DNA of 64,000 nucleotides from Candidatus Hermodarchaeota archaeon (GTDB lineage Archaea; Asgardarchaeota; Lokiarchaeia; Sigyniarchaeales; SOKP01), in NCBI GenBank assembly GCA_048885925.1, contig JBHLLG010000001.1, positions 99,105 through 163,104 of the forward strand. Direction: 5' to 3'. A model generated the notes under the pieces. The model saw only the letters and a list, made by a program, of their open reading frames with translations. It was not told where the DNA came from and ran no database searches. A program made the translations under genes and the position numbers. How positions within the stretch are numbered: position 1 is the first letter of the stretch; each line of letters begins with the position of its first letter. Shown piece by piece: positions 1-9,825 of the stretch.

Positions 1-65
1 CATCCTCTAAGAAAAAATAAGTAATAAATTTAATAATTTGAGAAAAAAAATTTAACAAGGCTTTT

Positions 66-464
66 TTATTTTTTGACATGGGATTTAATAAATTCGACAA
101 TATCAGATGTCATTGATCCAGGACCATATATGTTTGCAACACCCATCTCTTTTAATTTAGAGAAATCTTTAGCTGGAATAACGCCACCAAGAAGTATTAT
201 AATATTATCCAGAACTCCGCGTTCTTTTAATAAATCAATAACTTGCTGGGTATAAGCAAAATGAGCTCCTGAATGGATACTTAATCCAATTACGTCAACA
301 TCCTCTTGAATTGCGGATTCAACGATTTGTTCAACATTTTGAAATCCTCCAAATATAAGTTCCATTCCAGCATCCCTAATAGCTCTTGATACAACGATTC
401 CACCGCGCCAGTGTCCATCAATACCCGGTTTAGACATTAACACCCTTATCTTCTTTTCACTCAT
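66..464 (-). CDS. Acyl-CoA mutase small (cobalamin-binding) subunit
   Basis: KPGIDGHWRGG (DxHxxG B12 motif), VIGLSIHSGAH, LGGVIP. Start moved to ATG 464 (MSEKK), which follows a GAGGTG SD; the ORF track start at 515 overlaps the upstream gene. Confidence 0.9.
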   Translation of the reverse strand: MSEKKIRVLMSKPGIDGHWRGGIVVSRAIRDAGMELIFGGFQNVEQIVESAIQEDVDVIGLSIHSGAHFAYTQQVIDLLKERGVLDNIIILLGGVIPAKDFSKLKEMGVANIYGPGSMTSDIVEFIKSHVKK

Positions 465-481
465 ACGTCCCACCTCATTAA

Positions 482-2158
482 TTAGATTGCTAATGGAGGA
501 TCCCAAGTTCCCCATATTTCTCTATAGATATTACATACTTCTCCGATTGTAGCACCTTCCTTTGTTGCTTCCATCACTACAGGCATAACATTTTCTTCTT
601 TCTCGCAAACATTTCTTAGCTTATCCAAAATCCTTTCTAATTTCGCATTGTCTCTTCGGGCTTTTAATTTTTCAATTCGACGGACTTCAATATCTATTGC
701 TTCTTTATTAGTTCTAAAAACATCAGTAACAGTATCATAAGGGACCGAATATTTATTTACTCCAAGCATTATTTCATCTCCGGATTCAATACGCATTCTT
801 CTCTTATGGAAAGCATCCCTCATTTCTTTATATAAGAAACCTGTAGAGAGTGCTTTATCAATAGTACCAACTTTTTGGATTTTATCGATATATTTCCATA
901 CTCTATCTTCAACTTCATCTGTTAACCATTCAATAAAGTATGAGCCTGCGAGAGGATCTATTGTATTATGAATTCTGGTTTCATCTGAAATTACTTGTTG
1001 AGTTCTTAGAGCAACTAAAGCTGCCTCTTCAGAAGGTAAACAAATAGCTTCATCATACGAATTTGTATGTAGAGATTGGCATCCACCTAAGTTTGCTTCT
1101 AAGGCTTGAATTGCTGTTCTTACTATATTTATTTTAGGTGATTGTGCTGTTAAAGAAGATCCTGCAGTTTGTACATGGAATCGAAAACCTAAATTTCTTG
1201 GATCCTTAACTTCATATTTATCCTTCATTAATTTGTACCAAATTCTTCTAGCTGCTCTGAATTTTGCTATTTCTTCGAAAAAATCTTTATGTGCTGCTAA
1301 ATGAAAGGCTAAACGCCCTACAAAATCATCAGCTTTCCATCCTCTAGCGATTAAATTCTCAATGTGAGAACATGCACTTGCAAATACAAAAGCTAATTCC
1401 TGAACAGCATCTATTCCACCTTCTCTATAATTATATCCTGTAAAATTTATTGGATGCCATTTCGGAACATTATTCTGCGCTACTGTCCATTCAATGAAAT
1501 CACACGCTAAACGAAGTATATGGTTAGGAGGGCTATTCTTGTAGGGAATATAACCTACTGTCATTGTTAAAATATCGTTTTGAGTTGTTCCCATCAGTTG
1601 TTTGATATCATATCCTCTCATTTGAGCCATATTAAAATACATTGAACATACCGGAGCGGATGTAAAAGGTTCTACAACTAACGCTACACTAATTTTATCT
1701 ATAGGGATATCTTCAGTTAAAGCAAAAAGGCTGTCAATACAATAAAGTGGCACTCCAGATGTTCCTACCTCTGGAGCTCCATCCTTTTCAGTTGGGTCAA
1801 TACCATTAAATGTTAGAGCATCAACAGCAGCACTAAATCCTGTTTCCCCATTTTCAAAAAGAAACTTCCATCTTTTATTAGTTTCTTCTGGAGTACCATG
1901 ACCTGAAAACAACCTCATAGTCCATAATTGTCCCCTGTACATAGAGGGATAAACGCCTCGAGTATATGGTGCTACTCCAGGAAAGCTGATATCATTTAAA
2001 TAATCTTTTTCTTTTATATCTAAAGGAGTGTATAGTGGTTTAATTGGAATTTCAGAATCTGTAACAAATTTTACATTACGTTGTTTCATTCTTTCACTTA
2101 ATTTGTCCCATTTCTCTTTTTGTTCTTTGATCTTTTCCAAATAATTTTTATCAAACAA
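482..2158 (-). CDS. AdoCbl-dependent acyl-CoA mutase large subunit (MCM/ICM family, atypical specificity residues)
   Basis: PGVAPYTRGVYPSMY, WTMRLFSG, GTTQNDIL, FEEIAKFRAARR, QSLHTNSYDEA, DPLAGSYFIE; TTG start. Confidence 0.92.
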   Translation of the reverse strand: MFDKNYLEKIKEQKEKWDKLSERMKQRNVKFVTDSEIPIKPLYTPLDIKEKDYLNDISFPGVAPYTRGVYPSMYRGQLWTMRLFSGHGTPEETNKRWKFLFENGETGFSAAVDALTFNGIDPTEKDGAPEVGTSGVPLYCIDSLFALTEDIPIDKISVALVVEPFTSAPVCSMYFNMAQMRGYDIKQLMGTTQNDILTMTVGYIPYKNSPPNHILRLACDFIEWTVAQNNVPKWHPINFTGYNYREGGIDAVQELAFVFASACSHIENLIARGWKADDFVGRLAFHLAAHKDFFEEIAKFRAARRIWYKLMKDKYEVKDPRNLGFRFHVQTAGSSLTAQSPKINIVRTAIQALEANLGGCQSLHTNSYDEAICLPSEEAALVALRTQQVISDETRIHNTIDPLAGSYFIEWLTDEVEDRVWKYIDKIQKVGTIDKALSTGFLYKEMRDAFHKRRMRIESGDEIMLGVNKYSVPYDTVTDVFRTNKEAIDIEVRRIEKLKARRDNAKLERILDKLRNVCEKEENVMPVVMEATKEGATIGEVCNIYREIWGTWDPPLAI

Positions 2159-2292
2159 TCTTAAATCACTCTAAATAGCTAAATATCTTTAAGTAATTAA
2201 ATAAAATATAATTATAATAATTAACTAAACCATTTAATCTTTTAAAATAGAATCATTAAAATAAAAATACATCATTATAGGTCAAGATTAAA

Positions 2293-3102
2293 ATGATTTT
2301 TCAAAACATTATTGATATTATTTTAGGATGGATATATGATAATGTATTCAATATATTAGCTGTTGCTCTAGCAGTAATAATTGGATGGTTAGTTTATATA
2401 ATTTTTAGAAAGCAAATTAAAAGACTACAAAAGCAGGAAAAATTAGAAGAACAGACGGCAAGAAATTTACAGCGAATTGTAAAAATCATAATAGTACTAA
2501 TAATTATTAGTATGATTTTAGTCCAATTTGTTGAAGCAATTGGTTTAATCACATCATTATTTACACTTGTTGGAGGTACGATTATAGGTTTCGCAGCGAT
2601 TAACACATTTGGAAATGCAATTGCTGGCATTATAATAATGACAAGTAGACCTTTTGTCGCTGGAGATTATCTCTTCTATAAAGAAAGAATGGCAGAAGTT
2701 CATGAAATAAAATTAATTTATACAATATTAATAGATTTTGATGGGATAAGGATCTCTGTTCCTAATCAGAAGTTGCTATCAGAAGAAGTAGAAGAACTAA
2801 GCAAAAAAGCAATAATTAGAAGAAGGATTAAAATTACAGCAGATTACAATGAGGATAATAAAAAAGTAGAAAATGCTTTATTAGAATCAACCAAATCAAT
2901 TCCTGGAATTTTAAATGATCCAAAACCATTTGTAGCAATAACGGATTTTCAAAGTTTTGCTGTTGAATACACTCTTTTTGTGTTTATTAAGGAGATAAAA
3001 TCAATGTTAAGGATAATGGCTGAATTACGGTCATCTATACTTGCCACGGTACATAAATATAACATTGATATAAGTACCCCCAGTTTGGTTAAAAGGATTT
3101 AG
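2293..3102 (+). CDS. mscS: Small-conductance mechanosensitive channel (MscS family)
   Basis: 3 N-terminal TM helices, IIGFAAINTFGNAIAGIII, RPFVAGD, ISVPN motifs. Confidence 0.88.
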   Translation: MIFQNIIDIILGWIYDNVFNILAVALAVIIGWLVYIIFRKQIKRLQKQEKLEEQTARNLQRIVKIIIVLIIISMILVQFVEAIGLITSLFTLVGGTIIGFAAINTFGNAIAGIIIMTSRPFVAGDYLFYKERMAEVHEIKLIYTILIDFDGIRISVPNQKLLSEEVEELSKKAIIRRRIKITADYNEDNKKVENALLESTKSIPGILNDPKPFVAITDFQSFAVEYTLFVFIKEIKSMLRIMAELRSSILATVHKYNIDISTPSLVKRI

Positions 3103-3211
3103 TCTTGAAAATAATAAAAATTTATCATTTTTTTTGATTTATGGTTATTTAAGAATGATAGTAATAATAGATGTTATAGATCTATAAAAAAAGTTTATTT
3201 GAGGTGAATAA

Positions 3212-4297
3212 ATAATTAGATCTCTTTCAAGTAAAATTGTAAGAACTAAAAAGAAATTAAAAAAAATAGGTGAACCTCCAGGAACATTAGTATATACTGG
3301 AGAAAAGCCTATAGTAAAGACTAAAATAAAGATAATTGATTATAACAAAGATTCCTATACTATTCGTGAAGATATAAAGATTGATGAGAAATTAGTAGAG
3401 ATAAAAAAAGGAATACTTAGATGGATTGATATTACAGGATTAGCAGATGTAAAGATAATTGAGGAAATAGGAAACCAATTTAATATACATCCTTTGATTT
3501 TGGAAGATATTTTAAATACTAATCAACGTCCAAAATTCGAAGATTATGAAAATTATATATTTCTCGTTTTAAAACTACTTTTATGGAATGAATCTCATGA
3601 AATTTTTGAAAGTGAACAAATTAGTATACTTTTTGGATCAAATTATGTGATATCATTTTTAGAACAGGAAAGTGATATTTTTAATCCAATATTTGAAAGA
3701 ATAAAAGGTTCTAAAGGGAGAATAAGAATAATGGGAGCAGATTATTTGGCATATTCTTTAATGGATGTAATCGTTGATCATTACTTTCTAATTCTAGAAA
3801 CTATTGGAGATATAATTGAAGCTTTAGAGGAAGATTTGGTAAAAAATCCTGAACCTGCAGTTCTTCAATCAATATATCGTTTAAAGCGGAATAGTATTGA
3901 ACTAAGAAAATCAATTTGGCCATTAAGACAAGTAATTAATAGTTTACAGCGAGAACAATCCGATCTTATAAGCGATGGGTTACAAATTTATTTAAGAGAT
4001 ATATATGATCATATTTTTCGTATAAGTGAATTATTAGATAACTATCGTGATATTATTTTTGGGATGATAGACATATATCTATCAAGTATTAGTAATAGAA
4101 TGAACGATATTATGAAAGTACTCACCATTATCTCAACTACATTTATCCCTATTTCCTTTCTAGCAGGATTTTACGGGATGAATTTCATTTACATGCCAGA
4201 GCTTTCAAATCCAGTAGCTTATCCTATACTAATCTTTGTAATGATATCAATATTTAGTATAATGTTATTGTTCTTTAGGAGAAAAAAATGGATTTAA
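3212..4297 (+). CDS. corA: Magnesium/cobalt transporter CorA; probable non-canonical ATA/ATT start
   Basis: GFYGMNF signature, MPEL, HPLILEDILN. The frame stays open upstream of the track start (3494) and encodes the CorA N-terminal KKIGEPPGTLVYTG; in-frame TAA at 3209; GAGGTGA SD at 3201. Confidence 0.9.
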   Translation: MIRSLSSKIVRTKKKLKKIGEPPGTLVYTGEKPIVKTKIKIIDYNKDSYTIREDIKIDEKLVEIKKGILRWIDITGLADVKIIEEIGNQFNIHPLILEDILNTNQRPKFEDYENYIFLVLKLLLWNESHEIFESEQISILFGSNYVISFLEQESDIFNPIFERIKGSKGRIRIMGADYLAYSLMDVIVDHYFLILETIGDIIEALEEDLVKNPEPAVLQSIYRLKRNSIELRKSIWPLRQVINSLQREQSDLISDGLQIYLRDIYDHIFRISELLDNYRDIIFGMIDIYLSSISNRMNDIMKVLTIISTTFIPISFLAGFYGMNFIYMPELSNPVAYPILIFVMISIFSIMLLFFRRKKWI

Positions 4298-4298
4298 A

Positions 4299-4967
4299 TT
4301 AACCACTCACTATAACTCCAGGATGCCTAATCTTTTCTCTATCTGAAAATTTAAAGGAAAGATCCCTCTTTAAATCAGCAAGTTTATTTTCTTTTCTTTT
4401 TATATCTTTTTCCTTCTCAAGTACATCATTTTTTTGTTTTAATAATTCATCTTTTTGGTTTTTTGATTTGTTTTTTACTTTCAAAATTTTATCTTCAGAT
4501 GCTTTTGCGCGTATTACTTTTATATAAATATATTGCATATTAGCTAATTTCTCTCGAGCTTTTGCTACATCCATTTTTTCTTTAACTAGTTTTAATTTTT
4601 GTTCAGCAATTTGTTTCTCAACTGAGGCAATTTTTTTGTTAATTTCGGCAATTTCCTTTTGATTTTTTGCCAGTTTCTCATTATAAATGGCATATTCATT
4701 TTCAATCCTTAATTCTTCGTCTGAAAAATCTAAAATATGACTCTCTTTTATTTCTTTTTTTTCTTTTGCTAATACATTCCTTTTTTCGGCTAAATCCTTT
4801 TTTATATCTGCTAATTCGTATTCAATTTTAAGTAAATTCTCTCTGGCTTTTGCTTTCTTAATCTCCGCTATAGCATTGATTTTTAGCTTTTGGGCAAGTT
4901 CTTTCTCATGTTGAGCTATTTTCTGATTTTTTTGAGCTTCATTCTCAATTAAGCTTAAATTCTCCAT
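4299..4967 (-). CDS. K/E-rich coiled-coil hypothetical protein
   Basis: 222 aa, almost entirely heptad-like K/E/A/L composition; AAGGT SD upstream. Confidence 0.7.
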   Translation of the reverse strand: MENLSLIENEAQKNQKIAQHEKELAQKLKINAIAEIKKAKARENLLKIEYELADIKKDLAEKRNVLAKEKKEIKESHILDFSDEELRIENEYAIYNEKLAKNQKEIAEINKKIASVEKQIAEQKLKLVKEKMDVAKAREKLANMQYIYIKVIRAKASEDKILKVKNKSKNQKDELLKQKNDVLEKEKDIKRKENKLADLKRDLSFKFSDREKIRHPGVIVSG

Positions 4968-5226
4968 ATCGTTTTACCTTTATAATTATTAATTAAAAAT
5001 AGGTTTTAGGAACGATTAATAGCTAGAACAATTAATATTTATATTTTTCTGGCTAGTAATTTCTAATTCTAGTTGAAAATAACTTTTTAGTTTAAATTTA
5101 AGTAAAAAATTACTATTTAATAATAATCACTAAGTGTTTGTTATTTCTTTGTTTAAGCTAAAATTTTAAATATTTAAAGTAATAATTGTGACAAAAAATA
5201 AATGTTGAAAATAGGAGAACTAAAAA

Positions 5227-5388
5227 ATGAAAAAGGATAATGATGATGAAAATGATGATGAAAATGATGGTGATTACGAAGAATATGATTCTGAAGATGA
5301 GGATGACTGGGAAGAGGATGATTGGGATGAGGAAGATGATGAAGACTACGAAGAGGATATAACTGATTATGATGAGATTTATAGTTAA
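5227..5388 (+). CDS. Hyperacidic 53-aa microprotein (not in ORF track)
   Basis: MKKDNDDENDDENDGDYEEYDSEDEDDWEEDDWDEEDDEDYEEDITDYDEIYS, 34/53 D/E; AGGAG SD upstream; GAN-codon periodicity. Confidence 0.7.
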   Translation: MKKDNDDENDDENDGDYEEYDSEDEDDWEEDDWDEEDDEDYEEDITDYDEIYS

Positions 5389-5505
5389 TTCTGAAATTTC
5401 TAAAAAAGACTATTAATAAAAGTAGTTAAAAATATTTTTGATTTTTACATTTCTTTTTTTAATTAATTCACGTTTTATGAAAAAAGAAGATCATTTAATC
5501 TAAAA

Positions 5506-7182
5506 TTAGAATAAGTGGTAGAACGCACCAAGTCCTATCACATTTGAAATTACTGCCGAAAAAAATAATTGGATAACATCAAAAGAACTTAACAATACTG
5601 CGCTAAAGGTCCTAGTATGTTCATAAATAATAGTATTACCAATAGTTACAATTAAAAAAATAATGAATGTAAACAAGACAGATGGTAAATATGTGTAATT
5701 TCTAGCTAATACCATTAATATAGCATAGATTATAAAAGCAGAAACAATTATGATTTTTGCTTTATTTTTTTCGGATTTAATAAAATTTAACCTTGGATAA
5801 AGTATTTTTCTAAATAGAATCTCAATGGAAAAATAAATTGGAAAAATAGCTATACTTATAATGATATTTAAGAGACTAGAAGGCCACATAAATGCAAAGG
5901 GATAGTAGAATGAAAAAAGCAAATATACAATAATAAAATACCAAGCACAGATGGTTGTATAAACAAGAATACTAACATTAAATTCTTGCTTTAAAACTCT
6001 TTTTAACTTTTCTTTATTAAATCGAATCCTACGCTCCTTAAAATGTAAGCCATATGCGATAAATTTGATGGTTAAATAGCTACCACTAAATACTAAGGAG
6101 GCATAAAATATTCCTATTAATCCAAATTCATTACTAAAATAAAACCAATTTAACATAAAAAAAGATGAATAAAATAGAATTTTAAGAATATCAATAACTT
6201 CAAGAATTTTTTTTTTTCTAGAAGATTGATTTTTTTGATCTACAGTATTCTTATTATCATTAGAGTGAGTTTTTAGTCGAAAGAATTTAGCAGAATAAGA
6301 CACTAAAAGAAAAATTATTGAAATGAGTAAACCTAAATTCAAGAATATTAAAACATAATTCCAAATATATGTAATAGTTATTGATCCATTAATCGAATCA
6401 GAACCGAAAAAATTTAACTCAAACCATTTTATTGAATCTATAAGAACCTTATTACTAAACAATTGATGTCCTCCACCAATTAATGGTTTTGTTACATTAA
6501 TTAATGTACAATTAGTCAATTCTTTAGCTTTTAATGCATTATCATCATAATCAAGAACCTCATCCTTCACGTGCATTATTATTAATAGGTTTTCACTGTT
6601 AGTACTATTCAATAAATTTACAGGAATATAGTGCTCATAGTTTTGCCATTTAAGACCGAAACGAGGTGGAGTGAAATTTACAAGTGGCGCCCATGCGACA
6701 GTAACTTTAAAATCGGGATTTAAAGCTTGATTCATAAGTACAACCATACCTCCAAGTGAATGACCAATGAGTCCTATTTGAGATTCATTTACATTCGAGA
6801 AAAATGACAAAGTTTTTAACTTTTCAAGTAATTTTGTGCAATCTTGAGCAAGAGCAGGTGTATTGGTTGATTCATCAATATTATTAATTGTACCAGTACT
6901 CTCGCCATGTCCCTGATAATCTAAGGCAGCTACATAAAATCCGCGCTTAGTAAATTCAATAGGTATTCTGAGATCGAAATCTCGCTTACTTCCAATCCCA
7001 TGACAATAAATAATTAATGGCTTTTTTTCTTGAAAAGATAATGTTTTGGTTGGGTAATACAAATTAGCAAAAAGTGTTGCACCAGCTGAGCTAAACTGAA
7101 CTCTCTTATATCTTTGATAACTTAAATTTCTATTAAATTCTAAACCGATTAGGGTAAAAACTAAAAGTATAACTAAAAGCAC
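5506..7182 (-). CDS. Membrane-bound alpha/beta hydrolase (serine peptidase/esterase-like) with multi-TM C-terminus
   Basis: IYCHGIG, ALDYQGHGES, GLIGHSLGG nucleophile elbow, GGHQL; several C-terminal TM segments; start uncertain (frame open ~40 codons upstream). Confidence 0.8.
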   Translation of the reverse strand: MLLVILLVFTLIGLEFNRNLSYQRYKRVQFSSAGATLFANLYYPTKTLSFQEKKPLIIYCHGIGSKRDFDLRIPIEFTKRGFYVAALDYQGHGESTGTINNIDESTNTPALAQDCTKLLEKLKTLSFFSNVNESQIGLIGHSLGGMVVLMNQALNPDFKVTVAWAPLVNFTPPRFGLKWQNYEHYIPVNLLNSTNSENLLIIMHVKDEVLDYDDNALKAKELTNCTLINVTKPLIGGGHQLFSNKVLIDSIKWFELNFFGSDSINGSITITYIWNYVLIFLNLGLLISIIFLLVSYSAKFFRLKTHSNDNKNTVDQKNQSSRKKKILEVIDILKILFYSSFFMLNWFYFSNEFGLIGIFYASLVFSGSYLTIKFIAYGLHFKERRIRFNKEKLKRVLKQEFNVSILVYTTICAWYFIIVYLLFSFYYPFAFMWPSSLLNIIISIAIFPIYFSIEILFRKILYPRLNFIKSEKNKAKIIIVSAFIIYAILMVLARNYTYLPSVLFTFIIFLIVTIGNTIIYEHTRTFSAVLLSSFDVIQLFFSAVISNVIGLGAFYHLF

Positions 7183-7355
7183 AATTTTCTCGAGATTTTT
7201 AAGATCTTCAGTTTTAATATCTTCTTTAAAAAATGAATTAAGCTTTTGAAATACTTTTTTTTTTATTGATAATAATATTTCTTTTAATCTTTTTGATTGA
7301 ATAATAAATCACTAAAAGTTTCAAAATTTATTAGATTTTTTTAGCATAATAGGTT

Positions 7356-8165
7356 TCATTCTTTTGAAATATAGTATCTAAATTTATCGTCATCAATTTG
7401 CCATGTATCAAAAAAATCAAATTGCTTTTTAGTATTCCACAACTTTTCAATATTAATAATGCCATTGTATAGATCTGTTAAAAGTGTCTTATCGCAGGGA
7501 TATTTTCGGTGTGATGGATAAATTTCAATGATTTTTTGCTTCTCATATAATTCTATCAATTTTGAGAGAGTTTTAAGAACTATTGGAATTTTTTTTCTAG
7601 AAGGTAAAAAAGTGTCTCCATAGTAGGCTACATCACCAGTGAAGAGTTCACCTGTACTAGTAAGAAGGCATATAGAGCCAGGAGAATGTCCTGGAGAATG
7701 AATTATATTAATATTTATTTCACCTAAATCAAAAAAATCTCCATCTTTTAACGGTTTTATATTTCGTGCTGGAGTAATTAAAAAGTTCTTTTCTTTATAG
7801 CGATTTACAATCTCACAAGGTGAATCTTTCAAAAACCAAAGATCATAGGGCTTTGAAATAATTTCTATTTCATATTCATGCACATATACTTCTTCAAATT
7901 CATTATTTCCTAAAACATGATCCCAATGTACATGAGAGTTCAATACTAATAATTTTCTATTGCCTATGAGATCATCAATAATTGGTTTCAAAGGGTAAAG
8001 TCCACACCCCGTGTCAAGTAAAAGAGCGGTATGAGCCCCTAAGATTAAATACATATTAAGAGGATCATTTGTATATACTGGATGAACTAAAGAGATATTT
8101 TCTTTTATTGCATATAAATAATCTTTTTCTTTTGAGATTTCAAAATGTGGAATATCTACGCTCAT
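7356..8165 (-). CDS. MBL-fold metallo-hydrolase
   Basis: LLDTG, SHVHWDHVLG (HxHxDH), PGHSPGS, LFTGD, PSH. Confidence 0.88.
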   Translation of the reverse strand: MSVDIPHFEISKEKDYLYAIKENISLVHPVYTNDPLNMYLILGAHTALLLDTGCGLYPLKPIIDDLIGNRKLLVLNSHVHWDHVLGNNEFEEVYVHEYEIEIISKPYDLWFLKDSPCEIVNRYKEKNFLITPARNIKPLKDGDFFDLGEININIIHSPGHSPGSICLLTSTGELFTGDVAYYGDTFLPSRKKIPIVLKTLSKLIELYEKQKIIEIYPSHRKYPCDKTLLTDLYNGIINIEKLWNTKKQFDFFDTWQIDDDKFRYYISKE

Positions 8166-8254
8166 ACTTCAAATTAAGCATATAATAGATTTAAAGTTAA
8201 GGTACCATTAGAAAAATTTTAAGAAAAAAACTGCTCTATATATTAGATATTAAA

Positions 8255-9520
8255 TTACTTTCTATAATCAACTTGAGGAAGTTTGTTTATAGGGTAAGGT
8301 AAGTAAGCATCATCAGGAATAGGATCTATATAGATATTTCTAAACTCTTTATTTTGCATTCTACAGAAAGGACTCCTATGATTGAAGGCCGGGTGTTTCA
8401 CCATTCGCATCCATATCTTCTTTAAAGGTTCTTTACGTACATTCCCGAAAGAGAGAGGTGAAAAATCGCAAGGAGAAATATCCCCATAAGCAGAAGCGTA
8501 ATATTGAATATTTGCAGCAAGACATCCGATTCCTGAAAGATATGCTTCTACAGAATTCTGCCACGATTGAGATGAAAGAGGAGGTACAATCTTTTTCCTA
8601 AAAGCCTCAGCAGAATATTTATGAAGTTTTTCTCGTAATTTAAATGTTAACATCTCACTCGTATCATGCAGTAAGTGTCCAGTAGGTACACAATCGAAAT
8701 AGATTATATTTTTTAAACCAAGATCACTAGCTAATTTATGGAGCTTTTTATAATAGCCTTTTTCTGTTCCAGAACGAGTAGCATAACCAGAAAATCCTCC
8801 AAAGATCCCTTTTTCTTGTGCTCTCTTAACTCCTTCGATAGCAGTCTCAAAAAGACCAGGCATTCCTCTTAATTTGTTATGTTCTTCAGCATAAGGTGAA
8901 TCTATACTCAAAAATACCGAATAGAGTCCCGCTTCTGATAGTTTGTTTACATTTTCCTCCGTGAGGAATTGTCCATTTGTGAACATAACAGGTAATGCTT
9001 TTTTCTTATTTACATAAGAAACAAGCTCGAAAAGGTCTTCACGTAGTAGAGGTTCTCCTCCTGTAAATGCAATAATTGTTACTCCTAGTTTTTGAGCATC
9101 ATCAATTAACTTTTTTGCCTCATCTGTAGTTAATTCTATCTTATCCTTTTGAAGATGCCTTCCAGCACTGCAATGAACACATTTACACTGACATCTATAA
9201 GTTATAGCAAATGTCATTGCAATTGGGAGCGGATACGGCATCAGTTGAGACCTCACTAGACCTTTTAAAGCACGTATCATAGGTCTACTTCCAACTGGTG
9301 GAGCAAAAGTATTTGAAACGATTTTTCCTTTCCATCGTCCAACCTCCATATTTTTATAAAAATTAGACTGTAAGAGAATCATGAAAATTAGCCGGTAAAT
9401 ACTTAACCTATCAAGAATTGGATTGAGAATACCTGAACCTACAACTTGACCATTCTCAAGCTTTTTGTAACTTATGAGATTTCTCCCAAAGAGTTTTAAA
9501 AAAACTTGTTCAGTTTCCAT
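8255..9520 (-). CDS. Radical SAM protein with C-terminal SPASM/twitch-like domain
   Basis: CQCKCVHC (CxxxCxxC), FTGGEPLL, FTNG, GCLAA...SPCDF...FCR; ATG 9520 (METEQ) preferred over TTG 9565. Confidence 0.85.
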   Translation of the reverse strand: METEQVFLKLFGRNLISYKKLENGQVVGSGILNPILDRLSIYRLIFMILLQSNFYKNMEVGRWKGKIVSNTFAPPVGSRPMIRALKGLVRSQLMPYPLPIAMTFAITYRCQCKCVHCSAGRHLQKDKIELTTDEAKKLIDDAQKLGVTIIAFTGGEPLLREDLFELVSYVNKKKALPVMFTNGQFLTEENVNKLSEAGLYSVFLSIDSPYAEEHNKLRGMPGLFETAIEGVKRAQEKGIFGGFSGYATRSGTEKGYYKKLHKLASDLGLKNIIYFDCVPTGHLLHDTSEMLTFKLREKLHKYSAEAFRKKIVPPLSSQSWQNSVEAYLSGIGCLAANIQYYASAYGDISPCDFSPLSFGNVRKEPLKKIWMRMVKHPAFNHRSPFCRMQNKEFRNIYIDPIPDDAYLPYPINKLPQVDYRK

Positions 9521-9825
9521 AGTTATTTTTTTCCAAAAAATTATTTTAATTAAAAATAAAAACAATTAATAAATAGGCTTTTAATTCATTTCTTATTTGA
9601 TTTTTTTTTGTTTAAAAACGTATTTATTTAATTAACTAATTTATAGATTAAGTTTAAAATTATTTAAGAATTGTGAAAAAAAATATCTAAGAATTTAGGT
9701 AAATTAAGATTTATATTTTCCAATTTCTCACAGAGATAAAAATTTAATAAAATATAATTAGGATTGTTAACTAATTCTTAAAAATAGATTATTTAAAAAA
9801 CCAAAAATTAATTGTTGATTTTATT

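Noticed and set aside
5236-5345. GAT/GAA-rich tract as microsatellite or CRISPR-like repeat
   Set aside because: Explained by Asp/Glu codons in one open frame; no repeat-spacer structure
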